In this document: piece after piece, positions 1 through 11,293 of the stretch
Position numbering within the stretch: position 1 is the first letter of the stretch
Layout: each line of letters begins with the position of its first letter
Assembly: GCA_043228905.1 (NCBI GenBank)
Contig: JBHGNT010000014.1
Coordinates: forward strand, 19,406,001-19,470,000
Source of the DNA: Azolla caroliniana
Lineage: Eukaryota > Plantae > Polypodiophyta
DNA length: 64,000 bases
Direction: 5' to 3'
Translations under genes and position numbers: made by a program
The notes under the pieces: generated by a model
Told to the model about the DNA's origin: nothing
Seen by the model: the letters and a program-made list of their open reading frames with translations, nothing else
Database searches by the model: none

Positions 1-2373
1 AATTGTAGTCAATGTCACTTCATCTGGCTCCATACCGGCGATTTGAAGTCTCTCAAACATATGCATACTTTCTACTACACTTCCTTCTCCTACATAACCA
101 TCGATGAATACATTCCACAACACAATATCTGCGATGAAGGGAAGTTCTTCAAAACAAGCTTGCATTTCAACAATACCTCTGCAATTTCCATATGCATAAA
201 TTAAAGTAGTTGCTAAGGAAGGGATTTCCTTATAACAAGAAGAGGCAATACCAAAATGAATCTCCTTACATATGTCCAAGTTTCCTGTCAAGCTACAAGC
301 TTGTAGAATACTAGTAAGGGTCAAATCATCGAAAATGGCATGTTGTTTTTGTGCTTTTCTTAAGAGTGTTAATGCCTCTTCTGGTTGGCCATCTCTAATA
401 TACGCAGAAAGGATAGTGTTCCATGGTACAATACTTGAGTTAGAGAAGATATCAAATAAATTCTTTGTTTCAAACATGCCCCCACATTTTGCATACATAT
501 TCATAACACTACTTCCAACAACTACATCTGACATGAACCCCTTCCTCTCGGCATCTATATGCAAAGCTTTTCCTATTTCTAAAGAAACTAACATTTCCTC
601 TTTTATTTGCTGGCATAATAGATCTTCTTTCAAAGTAAGAATAGCACATGCTTGTAAAATTATAACAAATGTTAGCTCAGTTGGAGCAATCCCATTCTCT
701 TGCATCTCTCGAAACAATCGTAAAGCCATCTCTCCTTGCTGTTTATTAACATATGAAGAGAGCATTGCATTATATGAGACTACATCGGGTTGACATAATG
801 CTGAAAAAACCATCTCTGCCTCAGCAATAGCACCACACTTTCCATACATACCGATGATTGTATTCACAACAAAGATATTAGTAGAAGTAAAACCCTTTCT
901 CCTTGCATATGCATGCAGTGCCTTCCCTATCTCTGAATCATTTTTTTGTTCTGAATTTGACTTTACATCAAAATCTTCTTTCCCCACAAGATTGGCAGAA
1001 GCTTGTAGTGCATATACAAGAGTATGTGCATCTGTGATCACACCTTCTTCTTGCATTTGTCTATATAACAGTAAAGCTTTGCCTTCGTGACCGTGCATGA
1101 CATATGCTGAGAGCATTTTATTCCATGCTACTGAATCTTGTCGAGATAATGAAAGAAACAATACCTCTGATTCAACTATGGCTCCACAAGTGCTATAAAT
1201 ACCAACAAGTGTGTTGTTAATGATTAGATCCACGCAAAAACCCATGATACAAACATTTGTGTGTATTGCTTGGACTATATCCACACAAATCATCTCAATC
1301 GAATATTCATGAGAGATAGCTCCTGTCTCTTCAAACACAATAAGTCCACATGCTTTAAGGGTGAAGACTAGGGTAAGAATGTCTATAGCAAGACCATCTC
1401 GTTCCATCATCACATACAACTTTAATGCTTTGTTTCCTTCTCCATTCGCAACGTATGCTGACAGCATAGCATTCCATGAAAACACGTCCCTATGGGGCAA
1501 TTCATCAAACAAAACCTCTGCTTCCTGAACTGCCCCTATTTTTCCATACATGCTTATAAGTGTGTTAATGACCAATATACTCGTTTGAAATCCGTGCTTG
1601 GCGAGACAAAAATGCAATGCTTTTCCAATTTCTAAAGCTATATTCTTGGTTTCTTGTTCTATACTAACAAGATTTTCTTCATTCATTAGGTTACCACATG
1701 CTTGAAGGGTCATCAAAAAGGTAACCTCATTTGGATTTACATTGAGATCATACATTTGCGCATACAACTGCAAAACCTTCTCAATATGTTGATTTTCGAG
1801 GTAGGCTGACATCATTGCATTCCATGAGACAATATCTCTCCTCGGCATCTCGCAAAACACACTTTCGGCCTCGACAACAAATCCACATTTCCCATACATA
1901 CTCACGAGAGCGCATCCAACAAACATATCATATGCACAGAATCCTTTCATACAAGCAAAAGCATGAAATATCTTTCCATTCTCTACATCTTGATTTATGC
2001 CACAAGCTTTGAACATGGTTATAAGAGTATACTTGCTTGGTTCAACATCATTCTCTTGCATTTTATGGTATATGCACATAGCTTCTTGTCCATTACCACA
2101 TTCTACATAGCCAGATATGAGTGCAGACCACGAATAAAGACTCATACATGGTAATGTATGTGAGATTTCTCTTGCATCTTCGAGTTCACCACATTTAGCG
2201 AGACCTAAAACAAGATAATCTGCCAGCAGTCCACTGATCATGATGCCATGTTTTTTCAGATGTTCAAAGACTTGTTTAATTAGATAAAATGTCTTGTTTT
2301 TTGTGCATTTTTGAAGGATGGAGAGGTAAACCTGTATGGAAGGTAGGACGGTCATGTTTGAGAGGAAATCCAT
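1..2373 (-). CDS. PLS-class pentatricopeptide repeat protein with long-insert L (LL-type) motifs; 3' end runs off the window
   Basis: Minus frame read by hand in several stretches: ATG 2373 MDFLSNMTVLPSIQVYLSILQKC..., YSWSALISGYVECGNGQEA, RDVFSWNAMLSAYVANG, and ...GMEPDEVTLTTI ending at base 1 in the same frame. It is absent from the ORF track, consistent with no stop codon inside the window. The start codon is uncertain. Confidence 0.92.
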   Translation of the reverse strand, partial: MDFLSNMTVLPSIQVYLSILQKCTKNKTFYLIKQVFEHLKKHGIMISGLLADYLVLGLAKCGELEDAREISHTLPCMSLYSWSALISGYVECGNGQEAMCIYHKMQENDVEPSKYTLITMFKACGINQDVENGKIFHAFACMKGFCAYDMFVGCALVSMYGKCGFVVEAESVFCEMPRRDIVSWNAMMSAYLENQHIEKVLQLYAQMYDLNVNPNEVTFLMTLQACGNLMNEENLVSIEQETKNIALEIGKALHFCLAKHGFQTSILVINTLISMYGKIGAVQEAEVLFDELPHRDVFSWNAMLSAYVANGEGNKALKLYVMMERDGLAIDILTLVFTLKACGLIVFEETGAISHEYSIEMICVDIVQAIHTNVCIMGFCVDLIINNTLVGIYSTCGAIVESEVLFLSLSRQDSVAWNKMLSAYVMHGHEGKALLLYRQMQEEGVITDAHTLVYALQASANLVGKEDFDVKSNSEQKNDSEIGKALHAYARRKGFTSTNIFVVNTIIGMYGKCGAIAEAEMVFSALCQPDVVSYNAMLSSYVNKQQGEMALRLFREMQENGIAPTELTFVIILQACAILTLKEDLLCQQIKEEMLVSLEIGKALHIDAERKGFMSDVVVGSSVMNMYAKCGGMFETKNLFDIFSNSSIVPWNTILSAYIRDGQPEEALTLLRKAQKQHAIFDDLTLTSILQACSLTGNLDICKEIHFGIASSCYKEIPSLATTLIYAYGNCRGIVEMQACFEELPFIADIVLWNVFIDGYVGEGSVVESMHMFERLQIAGMEPDEVTLTTI

Positions 2374-4216
2374 GGCACTTTCAAGCAAATGCACAGATTC
2401 CTCAAACACATAGATGGTATTTTCAAACAAAGGGGTAGCGTGTTAGCACAAATGCATGTTACTTCCAAGCAAATATATGGCATTTTCAAGCAAAAGCATG
2501 GCTTTTCCAGCATGCTCTGTTCCACAGGATAAGAGAAGGGAAGGAATCTCATTATGAAAAGGTGGACGAGAACTTGAACCTTCACTCCCATGTTGAAGAG
2601 AATCGCCATGACTAATTTGGATCTTTCTCAGACCATCCCTCTAGAGTCTAGGCTATGATTAATCTATACAATTTTCTTTCTCTCTCTCTCTCTGGTAAAA
2701 ACACAAAATTATTTTAAAAAATGTGTGTGAAAAAATACTAGTTACAGTTTACAAACTTACAACATCAAACTTAGCCAGATTTGAGAAATAATGTAACTCC
2801 AAATCTGGCAAGGAATCGGACATTGTATAAAACTATGAGTACTATCTTCCATTTCAACAATGCAAAAAAAGCAATTGCCTTGTTACTAATCCACATCACT
2901 TTTTAGAGCTAATCCCAAAGGCAAACCCCCAATCAAAACCCTCCAAATGAAGACCAATGTATTACTTCATGCAAATGAACCCTTAGTTAGCAATGGTCCA
3001 ATGAATTTATTCCTACCAATAAGTGATAGTGTAAACTTTACTTTTGTTTGTACCACCATGTTGTGTGTTACCCATTTGATCCTTGGGAACCATCATTGAT
3101 TGACTAGGAATTCAACATAAAATCCATTGCTGCTTCTTGAATCCACAATCTTAACATTGCAACGCTTAACTATAGATCGTGCACCTATAAGCATCATTTT
3201 ATCAAATTGAATTGGTCAAGCGCATTAAAAATGCTTTTGCACGTATTGTTTTTGGTGTGATTTCACTATTGTCACATAATGTTTGTGAGTCGAGAACCTA
3301 TACACATATTGGCATATTCTCATCCTCCACGTGTGATGCATATCAATCATGTTGAAGTTCCATGTGCATTCCTTCACAATAAGCTATTGTTGTTGGATGT
3401 CTTTAGTTCCGTATATATGCTAAATATGTGTAACTTCTATTTGTTTCACATTATGTAGACATTAGTGGATTATTTTGATACTAAATGGTGGTGATTAGGA
3501 CAATCAAAATCGAAAAAATACATGGCAATATTCTTCTTTCATCATAATATGATGACTTTTGTTCATTACCATTGAAAAGGTCTAGATGTAAGCAATTATT
3601 GCAAGTTATGCATTATCGAGCAAAGATTCCCTAGTGTTATGGCACTTGGGAATGGATGTAAGTGATGCATTCATTGTTGACCAAGACGTGAAGATGTGAA
3701 CAACTTAGGGCAATTACAATAGGCACTCTGACAACAATATAGTCAAGATTGGGCATTACCAATTGCAACGTCAATTGATAGGTATAAAGATATGAGGTCT
3801 GCAATGAAAGGCATGCCTTCTGTAGCGACGCAATACTTGAGAATGGATGTTACACCTGCATGATTAGTGAAGAGGCCAAGATTTGCCCAAACAAACCCAA
3901 CATGCATGGTGATGACATAGTTACTAAGAACGGGTGTTGCACGTACATTGTGGACTTGTCCCCATACTACACACAGGTCACAACTAGCTAACCCATCACA
4001 TGTGAATGATGTATCACATTCATTAATACTAAAAGTTGTTCCTATTCAAAATAAGTAAGAAGGTTGGGAATACTTGTCGCCGCAAATTAATTTCGAATGT
4101 GACAAGTTCTAAAATGCTTTCTGGGTTTTTCACAAGAGAAATGTTTGGTTTCTGAGCCTGAAGTAATATGATGGATTGCTAAGAAGGAGGTTTCTGTATG
4201 GATATATAGAAAAGTG

Positions 4217-4276
4217 TATGTATGTATGTATGTATGTATGTATGTATGTATGTATGAATGTATGTATGTATGTATG
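4217..4276. repeat. (TATG)n microsatellite, left flank of the TIR element
   Basis: About 15 TATG units; TATGTATG resumes at 8147-8154 after the element. Confidence 0.95.
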
Positions 4277-5604
4277 TGCGGTGTCTAAATACCACCAAAA
4301 ATTGAAGAGGGCAAGTGAGGGAATCACGGAGAGGGACAGTGCAGGTCGCTCAGCCGAGGGCACATGCGATTTGCACCATCCAATGTGGGGAAAAAAAAAC
4401 GCGCAAAGAAATCGTCACTTATTGGGGAGCCCGATTAGGAGCCTGATTAGGAGCCCCGCTTACCAATCAAGAGCCCGATTAGGAGCCCCGTTGTCTGACA
4501 ACCTTTGTAACTAGGAGCCCGACTCTGTCAAAGGGAGCCCCTCTGCCTGACAACCTCTGTCACCAGGAGCCTGACTTTGTCAAAAGGAGCCCTGTTCATT
4601 ATTAATGAGCACTGATTATAAAAACCCCGAATCACTCATTTTGAACCTATTTTGAAAAGAGAGTTTTAGGGTATTTGGAGGGAAGAATCAGAGAGGAGCA
4701 CCACTTTCCACCAAAATCAGAGAAGCACAACACTTTTCGCCAGAATCCGAGAGGCGCACCACTTTCCGCCAGCGAACACTTCCCAACCACCTACATTCGA
4801 TCTGCAAAATGAAGGCAATAATATGTATGTATTTTCATGGTTACTTTTATGTTTTACATCGTTTAAGGTTTCTTTTCATTTACATTTGATCACATGGTTC
4901 CATATTCTAACATGGTGAGAGATTTAGTTGTTCCATTTTTCAAATGTATCATATAAATGCATTGTTATAATTTCAGCATCAATATGAAGAAATGTTGAGG
5001 AGGAGCCCAATAGTCTATTGTGACCCGTTGAATAATCCACCGATGGTCAGCTTGAAGACATTGGGTGATTTGGATCCGATTCAACAGATTTTGTAAGTAT
5101 GGCCCAAGTATTGAATAATGACATTTGTTATTGTAAGAGTTGCAGCAAATGTGTGTATTGGTGTAGGGTAAGGAGCAATGGTTCGGATTCGAAGATGTGG
5201 AGCTCCTTCGAAAACGTTGGCAAAATGGGCACGCCGGATTTTGGGCTTTCCCATATATTAACCGGAGGAAATGTTATACTTCGTAACATAAAATATATGA
5301 TATCGATGTATTATCAAGCTTTTTTGTATCAATTTTTTGTAACAATGTTGTAAATCTTTTTAATACATTGGAACCAAGGTTGCCAACCTTTTTTGCATAT
5401 TGTAACCAAGGCAACTTGAATGATCGTGGCATGTTGTAAATGGTTGATTTTGTAATATGGCATCTATACGTCTTGTGTATCTTCTTCTTGCCTCTTATTT
5501 GTAACATGGATGTAAAGCTTGTTTATGTGAAATTGTTTGTATACATGTTGATGAGTTTTGATTATGTTCAGAGGATGAAGTTTTGATTTTTCGGTTTTTG
5601 TATG

Positions 5605-5785
5605 CAATGGATTTACTTATGATACACTCTTATGCCAATGGATTTACTTATGATCTACTTTTAGGCCAATGGATTTACTTATGATACACTCTTATGCCAA
5701 TGGATTTACTTATGATCTACTCTTATGCCAATGGATTTACTTATGATACACTCTTATGCCAATGGATTTACTTATGATCTACTCT
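5605..5785. repeat. 31-bp minisatellite, ~6 copies
   Basis: Unit CAATGGATTTACTTATGAT(AC/CT)ACTCTTATGC starts at 5605, 5636, 5667, 5698, 5729 and 5760. Confidence 0.95.
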
Positions 5786-7065
5786 GAGGGTGATGATCTA
5801 CTTTTGTATAACCAAAACTGATGATGATGTATATGGATTTTGTAATATCAAAATCAATATTTAAATCTCATTTTAGTTGTATCTGACTCAATGTGGAGTC
5901 AAATCTGTTTTATAGTTCTCTGTTTGGTGTTCTTTGATAGGAAAGTCCAATAACTTGTGCCTTCATATATTTGCCTTTATTAAACATTAAATTGAGTAAG
6001 ATCTTGAGGAGTTTGAGATATCGGATTAAGCCTTCTATTTGATTATCACTTTATTATACTTAGTCCATGATACATATTGTTAATATAGTCTCACATCCTA
6101 CAGGTTATCAATCTCTATGGATAAAAAATGTCACTAGATCTCCAATGACATTAAGTTTCAAGTTTCAAATTAGGGTTAATGTTGAAAATTCTGTTTGAAA
6201 TCCTCAAAAATCATTATGTTCTATGTATATGTTTTTTACACAAGTTTGTATCTATGAACTAAAACTACATATTGGGGCATCTTTATATGACACCTTTTTG
6301 CTCATTTTTTCTCACATTCTTATATTTTTTTGTGAAGCGAACATAAATCACAACTTTGTTATGTTATACATGTAGCTGCACTGAAAAGGCCATCATGGTA
6401 ATATCTCAATGTTCTTATATGAATAACCATTGATTTATTGTATGGATCTTGGGTGTGTTAAACCAAGGATTTTCTGTTCAATGCTCAAAAAGGGTCACAA
6501 TTCAATCTTATAGACAATCCTACAAGAATACTAATATATGAGTTCAATACATGCTAAACTTGTCCTATTATCATGAGATATTGTAGTTGAGGAATGTTAA
6601 GAGAGAATGGAGTATAATAGAATCTATTCTTATTTTCCATTCAACAATTAAACATGTCATCGTATATGTGATCCCTTGTGAAGGGGGTTTGCTATTTTGT
6701 AGTTAAAATTTGTGTGAAGGTAATTAATGTGCTTATATGCTCATCCTTCTTGGTGGGATTTGAGTATCATGCTTCTCTAGTACGACATCATACTTATTGC
6801 ATCCGATGAGCATGTGAGAATGATATTCACCATCCACAAGGTTTTCTATGCATACCTTGTATATATTCAAAATTGGGTAGTATTATATTGATACTGGTAC
6901 TCTAGAGGGATGTATGTATGGAAATTTATTTTTACACCCTAATAGGGAATCTTTCATGTGGAATTGAAATGTTATAAGTGCCACTGTTTTTTGTACTCTT
7001 TAGTAGTTGTTTGCTATATCTATTTAACCTTGGAAATTCCAAGTGGTGTCCAATGCTTCCTACAA

Positions 7066-7392
7066 GTTTGAAAATGTGAATGTGTTATTGTGTCATTTCT
7101 TCTTGTGTTGATTGATGATCCATAGGTAGTAGTATTCCATGGTAGAAAGTCAAAGAACCAAGAAAATGCCCAAGTTATGAAAGTTAACTTTACATGGAAC
7201 ATGAGTGAGTTGCATACTATTGTGAATAGAGTGAATGAGTGAGTTTGAAAATGTGAATGTGTCATTGTGTCATTTCTTCTTGTTTTGGCTCATGATCCAT
7301 AGGTAGAGTATTCCATGGTATAAAGTCAAAGAACCAAGAAAAAGCCCAAATTACGAGAGTTAACTTAACTTGGAACATGAGTGAGTTGCATA
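7066..7392. repeat. Direct duplication, period ~177 bp
   Basis: gtttgaaaatgtgaatgtg...tggaacatgagtgagttgcata occurs from 7066 and again from 7243. Confidence 0.9.
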
Positions 7393-8416
7393 TTAAAGTG
7401 ACAATCAATATAGCCCAAATGGTAAGAGCTAATTTTACTTAAACAAAAGTGTTAAGGGCAGGATGCGGATTAGAAGGATCACAGGGTAAAAGATCTACAA
7501 TTGCAAAAGACAAGAATTCATCACGTTGTAACTTGTAAAGACGAGAATTCAATACCACTATTACGACCCTTAAATGTAAATGAAGTGTAAAGTGACTAAC
7601 CAAATGTTGAAACCCTAATAAAGAAAGTAATCGAAGAAGAAAAAAAACCAAAGAGAAAGAATTAAAAAGAAGAAGGATTTGAACCATAAACCTAGCAAAA
7701 CTCAAGGATAAACTCTAACCAATACCGTATTCATTTTTATTTTATCATATTGCTATATTATTCTTTATTACTTTACTTTTTTGAGAGTCGGGCTCCTACC
7801 CGCAGTTGGTCGGGCTCCTAGTGACAAAGGCTGTCAGATAATGGGGCTCCTTTTGACAGAGTCGGGCTCCTTGTGACAGAGGCTATTAGATAGCGGGGCT
7901 CCTTATGACAGAGTCGGGCTCCTGGTGGTAGAGGTTGTCAGAGAGTCGGGCTCCTTGTGTCAGAGTCGGGCTCCTGGTGACAGAGGTTGTCAGAGAGTCG
8001 GGCTCCTGGTGACAGATGTTGTCAGCTTTTTATCCAGATTGGACGGTGGAGGTCGCACGCGCCATCAGCTGAGCGACCTGCACCGACTGCGCCCGCGATT
8101 CCCTCACTTGCCCTCTTTAATTTTTGGTAGTAGTTAGTCACGAGCGTATGTATGAGCTCAGTCATGGTAGTCATACATATATTTAATGATGTATTTCAGC
8201 AGAAGAATGACATGATGATGATGAAGAAGAAGAGGAAGAAGAGGAATCGTAGGAGGAAGCTGTGGTAACATAGCCATGGATCGAATTGAACCATCTCGGT
8301 GAAGTGGAGAAAGGTGAGAAGTTCAGGGTAGAGAAGGATCTTTAAGCAGCTCACAAATCTTTCCGAGGCTTAAAAGTTGCATATCTGCGACACTGTGACT
8401 GGTTTCCTCGAATAGG

Positions 8417-11293
8417 ATGTTGTGTTTTAGCAATAAATCATCTTGGAATTCTCGAATCATAAATTATGTGAAGTGTGGAGAGTTACAGCATGCTTTTGAT
8501 CTATATCAGAAAGGTGAAGAACATGGATACTCTGTTCCTCTGAATGGGTATGCATATGTTGCCCTTATAAAGGCATGTATAAAGATGAAAGACCTTGAGA
8601 GAGGAATAAAAATCCATACAGAGGTTAGTAAATCAGGCTTAGTTGTAAATGATCCTTTTGTGAGAAGCACATTGCTTGATATGTACCTCAAGCATGGTGC
8701 CCTTATGAAAGCGCAAGAAATCTTTGACACAATTCCAATTCAAGATTCGATCTCATGGACTGCGTTGATTTCAGCTTATACAAGGCATGGATATGGAAGA
8801 AAAGCGCTTTGTTGTTTTGAGAAGATGGAAGCTAAAGGAATCTCGCCGGATGTTGTTACATACATTTGCGTCTTGAAAGCTTGCGGCAACGTAAAGTCTT
8901 CAGAGAAAGGTTGTGAAATTCATGCTCGGATTGAGAGTAATGGATTGTTGCAAAGTGATATAGTTGTTGCTACTGCTTTGATCGATATGTATGCCAAATG
9001 TGGTTTGTTTGATAAAGCAAAACAAGTCTTTGATGGGCTTTCACATCCCACAGTTGTTTCTTGGAATGCACTCATTTCAGGATATGTTCGGCATGGATAT
9101 GGTGTGGAAGCATTGAAGTGTTATAAACAAATGAAGCTTGCTCGCGTATCTTCGGACGCTATCACATTCATTTGCGTCTTGAAAGCATGCTCGTTGATAA
9201 GAGATGTAAATGAAGGTCAAGAAATCCATACCGAAATCGAGAGGACAAAGTTTCTGGAGAGAGACCCAAACGTTGGAACTTCTCTAGTTGATATGTACGC
9301 CAAATGTGCATGTCTTGCTAAAGCTCATAAGGTCTTTGATACAATTCCATGTAGGAATGCAATCACGTGGAATGCACTAATTGGAGGGTACACTGAACAA
9401 GGGTATGGTGAAGAGGCACTTAATCTTTTCAAGAAGATGCAATCTGAAGGTGTTCCATTAGATTCTGTCACCTTTACATGTAGTTTGAAAGCTTGTGCTA
9501 CTGTAGGGGCTATAAGTAAGGGTGAAGAAATACATGCTGAAATTGCTAGAAGGGGAATCTTGTTCAAAGATATTGTTATGGGCAACACTTTGGTTGATAT
9601 GTATGCCAAATGCGGTCATCTTGCTAAAGCACAAGACATTCTTAACAGCCTTCCCTCACGGAATGTTGTGTCATGGAATGCATTGATTGCAGGTTACACT
9701 GAACATGGATTTGCAAGAGAAGCATTAGATTGCTATGAAAAGATGAAACTTGAGTCAGTTGAACCAGATGCAATCACCATTATATGCATCTTAAGAGCCT
9801 GTGGAACCATGAGAGCGACACAAAAAGGGCAAGAAATACATGCTGAAATATCTCGAAAGGGTTTGTTGGGAGAAGATCCAGATATCGCGAACAGTCTCAT
9901 AGATATGTACAATAAGTTTCAATCCCTTACCAAAGCACTACAAGTATTTGACACACTGCCCATTAGGGACAATGTAATAACATGGAATTCAATCATTTCC
10001 GGGTGTGCAAACCATGATTACAGTGAAGAAGCTCTGCATTTCTTTCAACAAATGCAACTTGAGAATGTCTTTCCGGATGTCATTACATATATTTGCAGTT
10101 TGAAGGCTTCTGGAAGCTTAGGAGCATCATGCATGGGTCAGGAAATACATGCAAAAGTTGAAAGAGACGGCTTACTTGAGAAAGATCACCTTCTTGGCAC
10201 TGCATTGATTGATATGTATGCCAAATGTGGCTTACTTGATAGAGCACAATCAGTATTTCATAAACTTTCGGAAAGAGACACTGTTGCATGGAATGCATTA
10301 ATATCAGGGTATTCTGAACATGGGCAAGGTGAAAAAGCTCTTGAGTGTTATGAACGAATGAAACTTGACGATGTCTATCTGACTGCGGCGACATGTGTCT
10401 CCACCTTGAAAGCATGCGCGATACAAATGGCTGAAGAAACAGGTCTAGAAATACATTCGGAGATCGCAAGACGAGGGTTTTTCTGCAGTGATCTTGTCAG
10501 CAATACATTGGTTGATATGTATGTGAAATTTGGTTTTGTTGACAAAGCACAAGAAGTGTTTGACAATCTTCATGTTCGGGATGTAGTGACTTGGACAGCT
10601 TTAATTGCCGGGTATTTGGAACAAGGGCATCCTGAAGAAGCACTGAATCGGTTTCAAGAGATGCGAGTCCAAGGAATCTCCCCCAATTCTGTGACTTATA
10701 TTTTTGGGTTGAAAGCTTGTTCTAACATAGGGGCTCTTCAGAGGGGACAAGAAATACACGCGGAAATAGAGAGGTTTGGGTTGCTTGAAAATGATCTCCT
10801 TGGAAATGCGGTCGTCGATATGTACGCCAAATGTGGGTCACTTCACATAGCAACAAGAGTGTTTAGAATGCTTCCGATTCGAGGTGTTGCCTCATATAAT
10901 TCACTAATGTCAGGTTATACTCAGCTTGGGGAACCTGAAAATACCCTTTGTCTGTATGATAGAATGTTAAAGGAGGATATAAAACCAGATTCTGTTACCT
11001 TCGTTATTGTGCTCAATGCTTGTGGTCAGGCAAACCTCTTGGAGATTGGCCAAACACATTTTGAGGCGATGGAAAAGATATATGAAATTATTCCCTCCAT
11101 CGAACATTACACTTGTATGATTGATCTTCTAAGTCGGGCGGGCCAATTAGAGCAGGCACTAATGATGATTACAGAGTCTCCTTGTCATCCCGATCTTGTT
11201 GTTTGGCACACTATTCTAGGTGCTTGTAAAGAATGGGGAAATTTGGAACTTGGGAGACAAGCATTTCAACATGCATTGTCTTTGGATGACTGA
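8417..11293 (+). CDS. PLS-E class PPR protein (organelle RNA editing/binding factor type), E domain cut short
   Basis: Intronless 958-aa ORF of repeating P-L-S triplets (VVSWNALIAGY / VTFICVLKAC / LVDMYAKCG), followed by IEHYTCMIDLLSRAGQL and VVWHTILGACKEWGNLELG. No DYW domain follows. Confidence 0.95.
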   Translation: MLCFSNKSSWNSRIINYVKCGELQHAFDLYQKGEEHGYSVPLNGYAYVALIKACIKMKDLERGIKIHTEVSKSGLVVNDPFVRSTLLDMYLKHGALMKAQEIFDTIPIQDSISWTALISAYTRHGYGRKALCCFEKMEAKGISPDVVTYICVLKACGNVKSSEKGCEIHARIESNGLLQSDIVVATALIDMYAKCGLFDKAKQVFDGLSHPTVVSWNALISGYVRHGYGVEALKCYKQMKLARVSSDAITFICVLKACSLIRDVNEGQEIHTEIERTKFLERDPNVGTSLVDMYAKCACLAKAHKVFDTIPCRNAITWNALIGGYTEQGYGEEALNLFKKMQSEGVPLDSVTFTCSLKACATVGAISKGEEIHAEIARRGILFKDIVMGNTLVDMYAKCGHLAKAQDILNSLPSRNVVSWNALIAGYTEHGFAREALDCYEKMKLESVEPDAITIICILRACGTMRATQKGQEIHAEISRKGLLGEDPDIANSLIDMYNKFQSLTKALQVFDTLPIRDNVITWNSIISGCANHDYSEEALHFFQQMQLENVFPDVITYICSLKASGSLGASCMGQEIHAKVERDGLLEKDHLLGTALIDMYAKCGLLDRAQSVFHKLSERDTVAWNALISGYSEHGQGEKALECYERMKLDDVYLTAATCVSTLKACAIQMAEETGLEIHSEIARRGFFCSDLVSNTLVDMYVKFGFVDKAQEVFDNLHVRDVVTWTALIAGYLEQGHPEEALNRFQEMRVQGISPNSVTYIFGLKACSNIGALQRGQEIHAEIERFGLLENDLLGNAVVDMYAKCGSLHIATRVFRMLPIRGVASYNSLMSGYTQLGEPENTLCLYDRMLKEDIKPDSVTFVIVLNACGQANLLEIGQTHFEAMEKIYEIIPSIEHYTCMIDLLSRAGQLEQALMMITESPCHPDLVVWHTILGACKEWGNLELGRQAFQHALSLDD

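Larger units (their letters stand above)
4277..8146. mobile_element. Non-autonomous TIR DNA transposon (~3.9 kb) with ~110-bp imperfect TIRs and subterminal repeats; CACTA-like architecture, superfamily uncertain
   Basis: Left gtgtctaaataccaccaaaaattgaagagggcaagtgagggaatc...gtgcaggtcgctcagc matches the reverse complement of 8030-8142. GGAGCCCGACTCTGTCA-type motifs are clustered at 4424-4591 and, inverted, at 7783-8025. No transposase ORF is present. Confidence 0.88.

Noticed and set aside
272-2154. Several plus-strand ORFs (173, 78, 65 and 63 aa)
   Set aside because: Antisense shadows of the minus-strand PPR gene.
5605-5785. CRISPR-like 31-bp periodicity
   Set aside because: Units are directly adjacent with no unique spacers, no cas genes are present, and the context is eukaryotic.
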